In this document: one piece after another, positions 18,335-28,121 of the stretch
Numbering within the stretch: position 1 is the stretch's first letter
Layout: each line of letters begins with the position of its first letter
Source of the DNA: Clostridia bacterium
GTDB lineage: Bacteria; Bacillota; Clostridia; Oscillospirales; CAG-272
Reading direction: 5' to 3'
NCBI GenBank assembly: GCA_017504205.1
Contig: JAFVRO010000017.1
Span: forward strand, 11,743 to 75,742
Length of the DNA: 64,000 nt
The notes under the pieces: generated by a model
Seen by the model: only the letters and a program-made list of their open reading frames with translations
Database searches by the model: none
What the model was told of the DNA's origin: nothing
Translations under genes and position numbers: made by a program

Positions 18335-19372
18335 TTAATTATTTGCAATAATATCAAGCCTTATAACGAATAAAGTTCCCTTGCCGGGCGTACTTTTTAT
18401 ATCTATACTGCCATTCAGTATATTTATTATCCTGCCAACGATGGGCATACCGAGTCCCGAGCCCTCCGCTTTTCTTGAAGAATCCCCCTGATAAAATTTG
18501 TCAAAAATGTGAGATAGCTGCTCCTCGTTCATTCCGATACCGCTATCTTGTATTTCCACAACCGAAATACCGTTATCAACATATCCCTTAACGGATATCT
18601 CACCACCATGTGAGCTGAACTTGATGCAGTTTGACAAAAGATTGATCCATATCTGAGAGGTCAGGTCAAAATTAGTATGTACTTTTATTGCATCAAGATC
18701 TATTGTCAACTCAATATCCTTTGCGCTCCATTGCTTTTCAAGTAACAGAATGCACTGACGAAGCTGCTCGTCAAGCATAAAGTCCTTTTGGTCACTTATG
18801 ATATTTTGGTTTTCAAGCTTGGATAAAAGAAGCACGTTGCTCGAAAGATTAGTGAGACGATCCGCCTCTGCAATTATAATATCAACGTATCCGTTTCGGG
18901 TCTCCTCGTCAAGATCGCCGTTCTTCAGCTGCTTTGCAAACCCCCTGATTGACACAATGGGAGTCTTGAATTCGTGGGAAAAATCGTTAATAAAGCTCTT
19001 TTTGAAAAGCTCTATTCCACCAAGCTCCTGAGCCATACTGTTAAACGACCGTTCAAGAGCCGCAAATTCACTGTTTGCTTTTTCGTTGACTTCAATGTGA
19101 ACATCAAAATTGCCTTTTGCTATTTCCTTGGTAGCATTGATAAGACGGCGTATCGGTTTAATATATGAGTTGCTCACGATAGAAGCGATCAGCATAGCAA
19201 TAACTATGTTAATGAGAAGCGGCAGTATTATGAAAAGCGTAGGGGAATGCGGCTTGATGATGCCAAGAGTGCTCAGGATTATCGTGGTGGCGGCAGAAAA
19301 TGCCCCCGCCATGAACATGCATATGAACATCAGTATCAAAAGGAAGGACTTTAATGACTTGATCCTGTTCAT
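18335..19372 (-). CDS. Sensor histidine kinase (2 TM, HAMP, HisKA, HATPase_c)
   Basis: H-box FSHEFKTPIVSIRGF and G-box GSGLGMPIVGRI. It overlaps the upstream response regulator gene by 4 nt. Confidence 0.85.
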   Translation of the reverse strand: MNRIKSLKSFLLILMFICMFMAGAFSAATTIILSTLGIIKPHSPTLFIILPLLINIVIAMLIASIVSNSYIKPIRRLINATKEIAKGNFDVHIEVNEKANSEFAALERSFNSMAQELGGIELFKKSFINDFSHEFKTPIVSIRGFAKQLKNGDLDEETRNGYVDIIIAEADRLTNLSSNVLLLSKLENQNIISDQKDFMLDEQLRQCILLLEKQWSAKDIELTIDLDAIKVHTNFDLTSQIWINLLSNCIKFSSHGGEISVKGYVDNGISVVEIQDSGIGMNEEQLSHIFDKFYQGDSSRKAEGSGLGMPIVGRIINILNGSIDIKSTPGKGTLFVIRLDIIANN

Positions 19373-20043
19373 CTCTTCGGCACCGCCTTGTAGCCAAGTC
19401 CCCTGACCGTGACTATTTCAAAGTCATTACTGCTTTTGAATTTGTCTCTTAACCTGCTGACGTGTACGTCAACCGTGCGCTCGTCGGATTCACTGTCCAT
19501 ATCCCAGATCTCATCCATCAGCTGACGGCGTGTAAATATCTTGTTCTGGTATGAAAGAAGCTTGTACAGAAGCATAAACTCCTTCTGCGGAAGCTCAAGC
19601 GAGCCTGACGGCGAGGAAACCGTGAGGGAATCGTAATAAAGCGTAGTCTGACCGATAGTCAGCTTGTGCTCGTTAACGATCTTTGAACGGCGAAGAAGCG
19701 CACCTATGCGTAATATCATCTCCTCCTCGTCCACGGGCTTTTTCATATAATCGTCAGTTCCAATGAGAAAGCCTCTGTGAACGTCTGCAGGGGTCTCGCG
19801 TGCCGTAACCATCAATATCGGTACGTTGCATCCCGATGTGCGCAGAATATTGGTAAATTCATAACCGTCTATGCGCGGCATCATAATATCAAGCACTACA
19901 AGGTCAATATGATGATGCTCCATCAGCTGAAGTGCCTCGGCTCCGTCACATGCAGGAATCGGCTTGTATCCGTACCGTACAAGTATTGCCTCCATAAGCT
20001 TTCTTGAATGAGGATCGTCCTCAACTACAAGTATGTTGAACAT
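19369..20043 (-). CDS. OmpR-family response regulator
   Basis: REC features: VVEDD, DLVVLDIMMP, MVTA. Winged helix: VDVHVSRLRDKF..TVRGLGYK. Confidence 0.9.
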   Translation of the reverse strand: MFNILVVEDDPHSRKLMEAILVRYGYKPIPACDGAEALQLMEHHHIDLVVLDIMMPRIDGYEFTNILRTSGCNVPILMVTARETPADVHRGFLIGTDDYMKKPVDEEEMILRIGALLRRSKIVNEHKLTIGQTTLYYDSLTVSSPSGSLELPQKEFMLLYKLLSYQNKIFTRRQLMDEIWDMDSESDERTVDVHVSRLRDKFKSSNDFEIVTVRGLGYKAVPKR

Positions 20044-20265
20044 GTTTTTTTACCTCCGATGTTTTGTATTTATATTGCTTTTTATAGTATATCCGTAAAT
20101 TGTTAACTCAGTTATAACTGGAATAAGGAATAAAATGAAGTCTTGAAAAAAGTAAAATAAATACGGTATAAATATCGGTGTCCGTTGTTGACTTAGTGTT
20201 TTTCGTATGTTATAATAATTACAATGCCGTATTATACGGTAATATGCTTGATAATAGGAGTTAAT

Positions 20266-20910
20266 ATGGAAAAATTAAAGCTCGCCTCTGAAAACAGAGG
20301 ACGTTTTATTGTAATGGAAGGTATAGACGGTTCAGGAAAGACCACTCAGATAAAAATGCTCGCTAAAAAGCTTGCGGAATGCGGAAGAAAGACTTATATC
20401 ACCGCAGAGCCCACACAGTCCGTAACTGGGGGACTGCTCCGCGACGCACTTTGCGGTTATACCAAGAGAACCGCCTGCGAGCTTGCGGCACTGTTCGTCA
20501 TTGATAGAATAAACCATAACGTAAACCCCGCAAACGGGATCAAAAAGCTTCTGCTTGACGGCTTTGATGTTATCTGCGACAGATATTATTATTCCTCCCT
20601 TGCATATCAGGGAAGCGAGACGGATTTCGATTGGGTAAAACGAATGAATATAGACTGTCCCGAAATAATGACTCCCGATATCTGCATTTTCCTTGATGCT
20701 TCCCCCGATCTTTGTATAGAACGTATTTCAGGTGAAAGAGCAGTGGTTGAAATATATGAGAAGAAGGCGACTCTTGAAAGATTCCGTGAAAGATATTTTC
20801 AGGTGTTCGATATGCTGAAGGACACGGACAATATCGCAGTGGTAAGCTCCGAGAGCTCAGCCGAGGCAACCGCAGACCGCGTATTCGCGGCAGTCAAAAC
20901 TATTCTTTGA
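20266..20910 (+). CDS. tmk: Thymidylate kinase
   Basis: FIVMEGIDGSGKTTQ P-loop and DRYYYSSLAYQ. The ATG at 20266 has an AGGAG RBS; the ORF-track start at 20224 lacks one. Confidence 0.9.
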   Translation: MEKLKLASENRGRFIVMEGIDGSGKTTQIKMLAKKLAECGRKTYITAEPTQSVTGGLLRDALCGYTKRTACELAALFVIDRINHNVNPANGIKKLLLDGFDVICDRYYYSSLAYQGSETDFDWVKRMNIDCPEIMTPDICIFLDASPDLCIERISGERAVVEIYEKKATLERFRERYFQVFDMLKDTDNIAVVSSESSAEATADRVFAAVKTIL

Positions 20911-20924
20911 TTACGGAGCAGGAT

Positions 20925-22169
20925 ATGAACAAAAGAATACGTCCAACACCGCAGCTGCTATTGGTTGCCGTTCTGCTGGCGCTTTGCATCGTGCTTCCTT
21001 TCGCGCTCCTTGCGTGTGATACTCAACCGCCCGAAGATACCGATCCGTCCGATAGCTCATTTGATACGCCCGAGGAAAGCACATCGGATGTTTTCAGCGA
21101 GTCGTATACCGATACCGAGCCTGAGGATACTCAGGACTCCGAAACTGAAAGTGAGCCGACAGAAACCGAGCCCGTAGAGACAGAACCCGTAGAAACAGAA
21201 CCGGTCCCCGATAACATTATTCACGGCTTTGAGGTCGATCTCGAGATGGAGAAGGCACTTGGCTTTGATTTTGAGATCCGCGATGAGCAAATGATGGCTC
21301 ACGGTAACGTCTGGCTCAGAACCGAGCCGTCGACCCAAAAGGGAGATGCTTCAAAGGTCGAGATACTTTATAGTAAGACCGAGATAAGAAGAATAGGCTA
21401 TTCCGAAAAATGGAGCAGAGTAGTTTACAAAGGCAGGGTCTGCTACGTTTCCTCTTCATATCTTGTCGAATACGCCCCTCAGAATGATAAAACCGACATA
21501 TATTATGAGGGGAAGGGCAAGAACAAGGATATAGTCATAGTTATCGACGCAGGGCATCAGCTCTTCGCTATGAACGATACTGAGCCCAACGGCCCCGGCT
21601 CTGATGAAATGAAGGTTAAGGTAACCTCAGGCACGGTTGGCGTTGCGACGGGAATCTGGGAATATCAGCTTAACCTTGACGTAGCTCTCCTCCTGCGTGA
21701 TCTCCTCCTTGACGAAGGATATAGCGTGGTTATGATAAGAGAGACTAATAATGTTACCATCAGCAATGTCGAAAGGGCAGAGATCGCAAATAGATACAGA
21801 GCCGCCGCATTTGTGCGAATACACGCGAATTCTTCCGCAAACGCCAATACCAAGGGCGCGCTTACGATCTGTCAGACGCCGAACAACCCATATAACGCCG
21901 ATATCTACAAAGAGTGCCGCGGACTTTCCAAAAATGTTATTGATGAGTTCTGTCGCGCAACGGGCTTTGAAAATGACGGCGTTTGGGAGAACGATACTAT
22001 GACCGGTATAAATTGGTGCCGCGTTCCGACGACCATCGTCGAAATGGGATATATGTCCAATGCGTCCGAGGATAAAGCGATGGCAACCGAGGAGTTCAGG
22101 AATAATGCCGCCAAAGGTATTTTTGCAGGGGTTGTAAAATACGTTCAGGCAAATCATGTGTTCGGATAA
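20925..22169 (+). CDS. N-acetylmuramoyl-L-alanine amidase (Amidase_3) with TM anchor, acidic TEPVE repeats and SH3-like domain
   Basis: IVIVIDAGHQ, RIHANS and MGYMSN motifs. SH3-like segment VWLRTEPS..KWSRVVYKGRVCYVSSSYL. Confidence 0.85.
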   Translation: MNKRIRPTPQLLLVAVLLALCIVLPFALLACDTQPPEDTDPSDSSFDTPEESTSDVFSESYTDTEPEDTQDSETESEPTETEPVETEPVETEPVPDNIIHGFEVDLEMEKALGFDFEIRDEQMMAHGNVWLRTEPSTQKGDASKVEILYSKTEIRRIGYSEKWSRVVYKGRVCYVSSSYLVEYAPQNDKTDIYYEGKGKNKDIVIVIDAGHQLFAMNDTEPNGPGSDEMKVKVTSGTVGVATGIWEYQLNLDVALLLRDLLLDEGYSVVMIRETNNVTISNVERAEIANRYRAAAFVRIHANSSANANTKGALTICQTPNNPYNADIYKECRGLSKNVIDEFCRATGFENDGVWENDTMTGINWCRVPTTIVEMGYMSNASEDKAMATEEFRNNAAKGIFAGVVKYVQANHVFG

Positions 22170-22212
22170 AGCGATCCGCCGGAGTATACATAACACCGAC
22201 TTAGATATAAAC

Positions 22213-22245
22213 GGGCTGTCTCATTAAGACAGCCCTTTGAATTTT
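22213..22245 (+). terminator. Rho-independent terminator (copy A of a repeated hairpin)
   Basis: gggctgtct-catta-agacagccc followed by tttgaatttt. Confidence 0.7.
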
Positions 22246-22376
22246 GCCCCAAGTCTTAATAAAATATTTGAGTGATTTTAAAAAAACTCACCGATTAATA
22301 TTGATTATTTTTCAAAAAAGTGATATACTTACTGTGTATGGAAATATACCAAATAAAAACCACGGAGGTACTTGCA

Positions 22377-22739
22377 ATGACTAATGCAGAACAAAACAAT
22401 TTGCTCGAAATATTTGATTATACGGGCGAGGGATATAACCGCACAATGAATTACGGAGAATGGAGAGTTGCCTTTTTGAATTATGCCCCCAGATTCGATG
22501 CCGATAACTTTTCCAAGATGGAACGTCATCTTCTTACGGACGAGGTCTTCGTTCTCCTTGAAGGAACGGCTACGCTCGTTATAGGCGAAGAAAGAGAATT
22601 CATCGAAATGGACAAGCATAAGCTCTACAATGTAAAGAAAGGCGTGTGGCATCAGATACTTGTCAGCCGCGACGTAAAAATACTTATAGTTGAAAATCAT
22701 AACACTGATCTGTCAAACAGCGAATATCTTGAGTTCTGA
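22377..22739 (+). CDS. Small cupin-like protein
   Basis: The ATG follows a GGAGG RBS. EVFVLLEGTATLVIGE..LYNVKKGVWHQI resembles a cupin beta-barrel. Confidence 0.45.
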   Translation: MTNAEQNNLLEIFDYTGEGYNRTMNYGEWRVAFLNYAPRFDADNFSKMERHLLTDEVFVLLEGTATLVIGEEREFIEMDKHKLYNVKKGVWHQILVSRDVKILIVENHNTDLSNSEYLEF

Positions 22740-22827
22740 GACACTTCAATAAACTGATATCAGCCCCCATATAGTGAAAAAACTTTCACATTTTTTGAAA
22801 AAACGCACTAAAAATACTCAATAACTC

Positions 22828-22856
22828 TTGACTTATTGAACTAAAAATAGTATAAT
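22828..22856 (+). promoter_or_regulatory. Putative sigma-A promoter of the RpiR sugar cluster
   Basis: TTGACT - 17 nt - TATAAT. Confidence 0.55.
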
Positions 22857-22895
22857 AAGTGTGTATATGAAAAATAATGTAATTGTGGGGTGTTT

Positions 22896-23759
22896 ATGGG
22901 ACAGTGTTGCTTGCGGATCAAGGATATTTTGCCAAGACTTTCGACCGGCGAGGCTGCAGTGGCAAGCTATATTCTACAAGATCCAAAAAAAATTACGGAT
23001 ATGTCAATATCCGAGCTCTCAAATGCGTGCTCGGTCAGCGCTGCTACGGTAGTCAGGTTTTGTAAAAGCATAGGATGTAAAGGCTTCAAAGACCTTTGCG
23101 TGCAGTTGAGCCTTGATATCAAAACCGGACAGCATACCGTACTTGAATACTCGGAAATAAGCCCGGGTGCGGCGACAGACGCTATTATCAACGCAGTTAA
23201 GGATAATGCTGTAAACAGTATAAATAATACGCTTAATATTCTTGACCGTACCACAATAGAGACGGTGGTTGATTATATTTGCGATGCCACCCGTGTCGAT
23301 TTTTACGGAGCAGGCGCGTCAGGTCTTTTGGCTCTTGATGCACAGCATAAGTTCATTCGGATCGGTAAGTGCTCGATAACCTCCGAAGCCCTGTCATTTC
23401 AATTTGTTTCCGCCGCATCACTCAAGCCCGGAGACCTCGCAGTATTTATTTCTTACAGCGGTGAGACCCAAGATACCATAGATGTAGCCAAGATAGCAAA
23501 AAATACCGGTGCTACAACGGTAAGTATTACAAAGTTTGGAAAAAACACTCTGTCGGAAATGACCGATTATTCACTGCATATCGTCTCAAACGAAGGCTTT
23601 GTGCGCAGTGGCGCAATGAGTTCGCGTATTTGTATGCTTACGTTAATTGACATAATATTTTCTCTTACAGTCAGCCGTACTTACGATCAGGTCAAGACTA
23701 ATCTTGATAAAACATTCGAGTATATGCTGAGTAAGAAAACAGTAAATTTCACTTTATAA
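22896..23759 (+). CDS. MurR/RpiR-family transcriptional regulator (HTH_6 + SIS)
   Basis: LSTGEAAVASYILQDP..ISELSNACSVSAATVVRFCK forms the HTH. The SIS domain shows FYGAGASG..VFISYSGET. Confidence 0.85.
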   Translation: MGQCCLRIKDILPRLSTGEAAVASYILQDPKKITDMSISELSNACSVSAATVVRFCKSIGCKGFKDLCVQLSLDIKTGQHTVLEYSEISPGAATDAIINAVKDNAVNSINNTLNILDRTTIETVVDYICDATRVDFYGAGASGLLALDAQHKFIRIGKCSITSEALSFQFVSAASLKPGDLAVFISYSGETQDTIDVAKIAKNTGATTVSITKFGKNTLSEMTDYSLHIVSNEGFVRSGAMSSRICMLTLIDIIFSLTVSRTYDQVKTNLDKTFEYMLSKKTVNFTL

Positions 23760-23803
23760 AAAACTTATATTCAACAAAAATCAGTTGAGGAATAGGAGGA
23801 AAT

Positions 23804-25234
23804 ATGAATCTATTCAGAAAACCTAAGGTTGGCGTCATTTTGATCGGCGCTAAAAGATTTAAGCCCCTCGGTGAAGGAACCGCAGACGGAACCTATGAGG
23901 AGCGTAAGGCTATCGAGGCTCAGAATTACATAAATAAATTCTCTGAGTTTGCTGACATCGTGTTCGACGGTCCCGTTTACGAGCGTGAAGAGGCAGAGGC
24001 AGCAGCAAATAAGTTCTACAACGAAAAAGTCGACTGCGTTCTTGCTATCTTTATGTCATGGGCAGAGGACTTTGCGTGGATACGCTTCCTTCGTGAGCTT
24101 CCCAATATGCCTTTGCTACTTGCTTCTATCGTAAGAGACTCACTCTCTATCACTGACACCAACGACGAAAATCAGTTTGTTGACTTCCTCTCCGCAGGAG
24201 CTCTCGTTGGTTTCCAGGAGGCATCAGGCTCATTCCGCAGATTTAACAGACCTATGAGCGATATCTATATCGGTACTCTCGATATGGTAGCTGCAAAGCT
24301 TAAGGTATTCGCATCTGCCGCTAAGGCACGCTCAATTCTCCGTGCATCCAAGATCAGCCTTCTCTCGTGCTACAACGAGGCAATGTGGGCAACCTACGTT
24401 GATCCCTACAACATCTTTATGAAAATAGGTCCCGAGATACACTTCCTTTCCGTTATGGAGCTTGTTAACGAGATCGAGAAAACTCCTATGGAGCTTGTTA
24501 AGAAGATATCTAAGGAACTTTGCGAAAAATATCAGGTATATCATAACGTAGACTACGATAAGCTTGATGCATCCGTCAGAGCTACTTATGCTATGGAGCA
24601 GATCGCAGCAAAAGAGGGAACTGACCTTCTCGTTCTCAACGATATCGATACCGTCCTCTTTGCAAACGTAGGACTCCGTCCCGGCTTTGCTCCCACAGAC
24701 GCAAACACCGAGCTTGTAACTGTTCCCGAGGGTGATATCGGAGGCGGACTTGCAACGTACATCCTTCAGATGCTCACCGGAGAGATCGCCAACTTCATCG
24801 AGCCCTTCTACATAGACCACGAAAGAGGTCTGTTCGTAGCAGGACACGCCGGCCCCAATAACTACCACGCATGCCCCGAAAATGTCATCATCGCCCGCGA
24901 TGAGAGATTTGCAAAGAGCGGCTGGAAGTATGCAGGCGCACCCTTCGCATGGTATGTATTCCCCGAAGGCGAAAAGACCATGCTCCATATGTCCGAGAAG
25001 GACGGCAGAATGAAGATGGTAGCAACCGTAGTAGAGTGCGTTCCCACGAAGCACTATCTTGCAAGCTACTCACACGCAGAATTCCGTCATAAGACACTTT
25101 CACCCGAGGAGCTCTTCTCCAAAATCGTTACTAACGGCGTAACCCAGCACTACGGAATCGCTCCCGGTAACGTACTCGACGAGCTTGAGGCACTTGCAGA
25201 CATGCTCGATTTCGAATTCGTTCGCATCGACTGA
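23804..25234 (+). CDS. L-fucose/L-arabinose isomerase-superfamily sugar isomerase
   Basis: AGGAGG RBS. VGVILIGAKRF N-terminus and TVPEGDIGGGLATYILQMLTG, which resembles the catalytic Glu/Asp segment of this superfamily. Confidence 0.55.
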   Translation: MNLFRKPKVGVILIGAKRFKPLGEGTADGTYEERKAIEAQNYINKFSEFADIVFDGPVYEREEAEAAANKFYNEKVDCVLAIFMSWAEDFAWIRFLRELPNMPLLLASIVRDSLSITDTNDENQFVDFLSAGALVGFQEASGSFRRFNRPMSDIYIGTLDMVAAKLKVFASAAKARSILRASKISLLSCYNEAMWATYVDPYNIFMKIGPEIHFLSVMELVNEIEKTPMELVKKISKELCEKYQVYHNVDYDKLDASVRATYAMEQIAAKEGTDLLVLNDIDTVLFANVGLRPGFAPTDANTELVTVPEGDIGGGLATYILQMLTGEIANFIEPFYIDHERGLFVAGHAGPNNYHACPENVIIARDERFAKSGWKYAGAPFAWYVFPEGEKTMLHMSEKDGRMKMVATVVECVPTKHYLASYSHAEFRHKTLSPEELFSKIVTNGVTQHYGIAPGNVLDELEALADMLDFEFVRID

Positions 25235-25282
25235 TAACCACTGAAATCAAAAAATTAGTTTACATATAAGGAGAAAATCATC

Positions 25283-27082
25283 ATGAGTTTTATGTTCAAT
25301 CCCTTTCCCTACGACGATCCCAACGCGTATAACCAAATTGAAAACAACGGTATATGCCTTTGCGGAGTAAAGCAGGGAAATGATGCAGTTGCTGCAAAGC
25401 TCGCTGACCTTGTAAAAGCACCTGCAATCATCGCAATCGACGGTTATGCAACTGCACCCTTCGATACTATCGTGTCCCTTTTCAAGGACGTTAAAGCAAT
25501 CAACGTATCCGGTATTTTCAAGGATGCTGCTGTACTCAAGGAAATGTTCGCTGAGAACCTTCCTATGGACAAGGTAAAGGATCCCGTGCTTCTTTACGGT
25601 AAGCTCTTCAAGGACGGATACAGAGCACTCTTTGACGACGCTAAGTTCGATGCTCTCTGCAAAGAGCTCGAGGCTAACACCGGCGTTATCGTTCTCTACG
25701 GCAACGGCGCACTCTGCGACGAGCTTCGCAAGTATGCAACCGTCAGAATTTTCGCAGACGTAACTCCTAAGAGGGCAGTTCTCAATATTAAGAAGGGCGG
25801 ATACAAGAACTTCGGTGCTGACGAAGAGATCCCCTTCAAGGCAACAATGAGACGTTGCTACTTCGTAGACTTCGAGACCGCATTCTCACTCCGTTGCAAG
25901 CTTCTTGCTAACAAAGAGCTTGACTACTACATAGCATGCGACGATCCCGAGAACCTCCAGCTTCTCCCCTTCGAGACTCTCGATGCAGTTACATCCCGCG
26001 CACTCGATTACCCGATCCGTCAGAAGCCCGTATATCTTGAAGGTGTATGGGGCGGCTACTATGTAATGAAGTACCGTAACCTTCCCGACACAATGAAGAA
26101 CTGTGCATGGGTATTCGATATGATTCCTATGGAAGTAAGTACCGTTATTAAGATGGACGGCTATACCTTTGAGTTCCCCTACTACGTTCTCGTAGCAGCT
26201 CATGGCGAAAAGCTCATGGGTCAGCAGTGCCTCAAGGACTTCCACGGCTTCTTCCCGATCAGATTTAACTATGACGATACCTTCCACGCAAGCGGAAACA
26301 TGTCCATTCAGCTCCATCCCGGTGAGAAATTCGTAACCGAAGAGAACGGCGAGCTTGGCAGACAGGACGAGAGCTACTATGTAGTAGTTACCGGTCAGGG
26401 TGCTAAGACCTACCTTGGCTTCAACAACGGCGCTGACGTTGACGAATTCGTTTCCGAGATCAAGAGAAGTGAGATCGACCACGAGCCTGTTGACTACCAG
26501 AAGTACGTTTACGGCGTAGAGAGCAAGCCCGGTACTCAGGTTATGATCCCTGCAGGTACCATCCACGCTTCAGGTCAGAACCAGGTTATCCTTGAGATCG
26601 GTTCACTCACGGTAGGATCCTACACCTACAAGATGTATGACTACGTCCGCAAGGACCTCGACGGCAACCCCCGTCCTATCCACAGCTACTACGGCTCACT
26701 CAACCTCAACCACGCCATGACCGAGGATTATGTTCTTGCTAACCTCGTAAACGGCAGAAAGGGTGTTATCCGTCAGGAGGCTGACGGCTGCGAGATGATC
26801 GTTGGTGAATGCGACCAGCTCTACTTCTCACTCCGTAACCTCTGCTTCGGTGACTACATGACCGACAATACCAAGACCTACGGTGAGACCGGCGACTTCC
26901 ACGTTCTCGCACTTATCGACGGCGAAGACGTAACCGTTCGCTCCAAGGCTGACCCCTCACTCTCATTCAAGATGAACTACCTTGACATAATCGTTGTTCC
27001 CGCTAATATGGGTGAATACGAGCTCGTAAACGGCAAGCCCGGAACGAAGATCGTTATCCACAAGACAATGCTTAAGAGATAA
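25283..27082 (+). CDS. Type I phosphomannose-isomerase (cupin) family protein with extra N-terminal domain
   Basis: MSIQLHPGE and IPAGTIHASG resemble the PMI type I metal-binding motifs. At 599 aa it is much longer than a canonical PMI. Confidence 0.5.
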   Translation: MSFMFNPFPYDDPNAYNQIENNGICLCGVKQGNDAVAAKLADLVKAPAIIAIDGYATAPFDTIVSLFKDVKAINVSGIFKDAAVLKEMFAENLPMDKVKDPVLLYGKLFKDGYRALFDDAKFDALCKELEANTGVIVLYGNGALCDELRKYATVRIFADVTPKRAVLNIKKGGYKNFGADEEIPFKATMRRCYFVDFETAFSLRCKLLANKELDYYIACDDPENLQLLPFETLDAVTSRALDYPIRQKPVYLEGVWGGYYVMKYRNLPDTMKNCAWVFDMIPMEVSTVIKMDGYTFEFPYYVLVAAHGEKLMGQQCLKDFHGFFPIRFNYDDTFHASGNMSIQLHPGEKFVTEENGELGRQDESYYVVVTGQGAKTYLGFNNGADVDEFVSEIKRSEIDHEPVDYQKYVYGVESKPGTQVMIPAGTIHASGQNQVILEIGSLTVGSYTYKMYDYVRKDLDGNPRPIHSYYGSLNLNHAMTEDYVLANLVNGRKGVIRQEADGCEMIVGECDQLYFSLRNLCFGDYMTDNTKTYGETGDFHVLALIDGEDVTVRSKADPSLSFKMNYLDIIVVPANMGEYELVNGKPGTKIVIHKTMLKR

Positions 27083-27175
27083 GCAGCAACGAAACCCCAA
27101 AGGGACTGCTGTAATTCAGCAGTCCCGTTCTTTATAAAACAATAATCCCGATATAATATTTCGGAGGAACTTACA

Positions 27176-28102
27176 ATGACAACAGCAAATACTAAAAAAA
27201 CAAGATATATCCTCTCCTTTGATGCAGGCGGAACCTTCCTCAAAAGCGGTATCTTCAAATATGACGGTAAGCTTGAGCTCGTAGAAAATTCCAAGCTTCA
27301 GGAGCCTGTCAACTCTAACGGCACCAAGGAGCAGGTCTATACCGCCTATATCAATCTTCTCAAGGCTAACAAAGCATTTGCAGACAATGCAGGCTTTGCA
27401 TTTGATTGCGTAAGCGTTGATACCCCCGGTCCATTTGATTATGAGGGCGGAATGAGTATGATGACTCATAAGTATACCGCTATCTATCAGATCCCTCTCC
27501 GTCCCTGGTTTGCAGAAGTGCTCGGCGATATCCCCGTTTACTTTATGCATGACTCCTTCGCGTTTATTTACGGCGCAGCTCAGGAATCCGAGAACAGTAA
27601 GGGACGTATCGCAGGCGTTATGATAGGCACAGGTCTTGGCTTTGCACTCCTTATCGACGGAAAGGTTCAGAAGAGCGAAACCGGAGGACCTGCAAGAAGC
27701 ATTTATCGCGCCCCCTACGGCGAAAGCACCGCAGAAGATCACGTCTCAGCACGCGGACTCGTATACCGCTATAACAGAGATAAGCTTCCCACCGACCCCG
27801 ATTGCGCAAACGCTAAGGAAATCTCCGAGCGCGCATCAGAAGGCAACGCAACCGCTATCAAAGTATATAAGGATACGGGCGTGATCGTTGCAGACGTAGT
27901 CAAGGATATACTTGCAGAGTATGAGATCGAGGAGTTCATCTACGGCGGACAGATCTCAAAATCATTCTACCTCTTTGAAGACTCGGCAACCGAGGCGTTA
28001 AAGGGCGTTCCTACCCTTAAAACCGTTCGCGCCGCAAAAAATATCGACGACGTTCACCTTATCGGTTCTGCCGCAGGTATTCTCTCAACGTTTGAAGACT
28101 AA
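27176..28102 (+). CDS. ROK/ASKHA-family sugar kinase-like protein
   Basis: ILSFDAGGTFLK phosphate-1 motif and VMIGTGLGFALLIDGKV. No ROK Zn-Cys motif is seen. Confidence 0.55.
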   Translation: MTTANTKKTRYILSFDAGGTFLKSGIFKYDGKLELVENSKLQEPVNSNGTKEQVYTAYINLLKANKAFADNAGFAFDCVSVDTPGPFDYEGGMSMMTHKYTAIYQIPLRPWFAEVLGDIPVYFMHDSFAFIYGAAQESENSKGRIAGVMIGTGLGFALLIDGKVQKSETGGPARSIYRAPYGESTAEDHVSARGLVYRYNRDKLPTDPDCANAKEISERASEGNATAIKVYKDTGVIVADVVKDILAEYEIEEFIYGGQISKSFYLFEDSATEALKGVPTLKTVRAAKNIDDVHLIGSAAGILSTFED

Positions 28103-28121
28103 TTATTAACGGAGGCGACTT

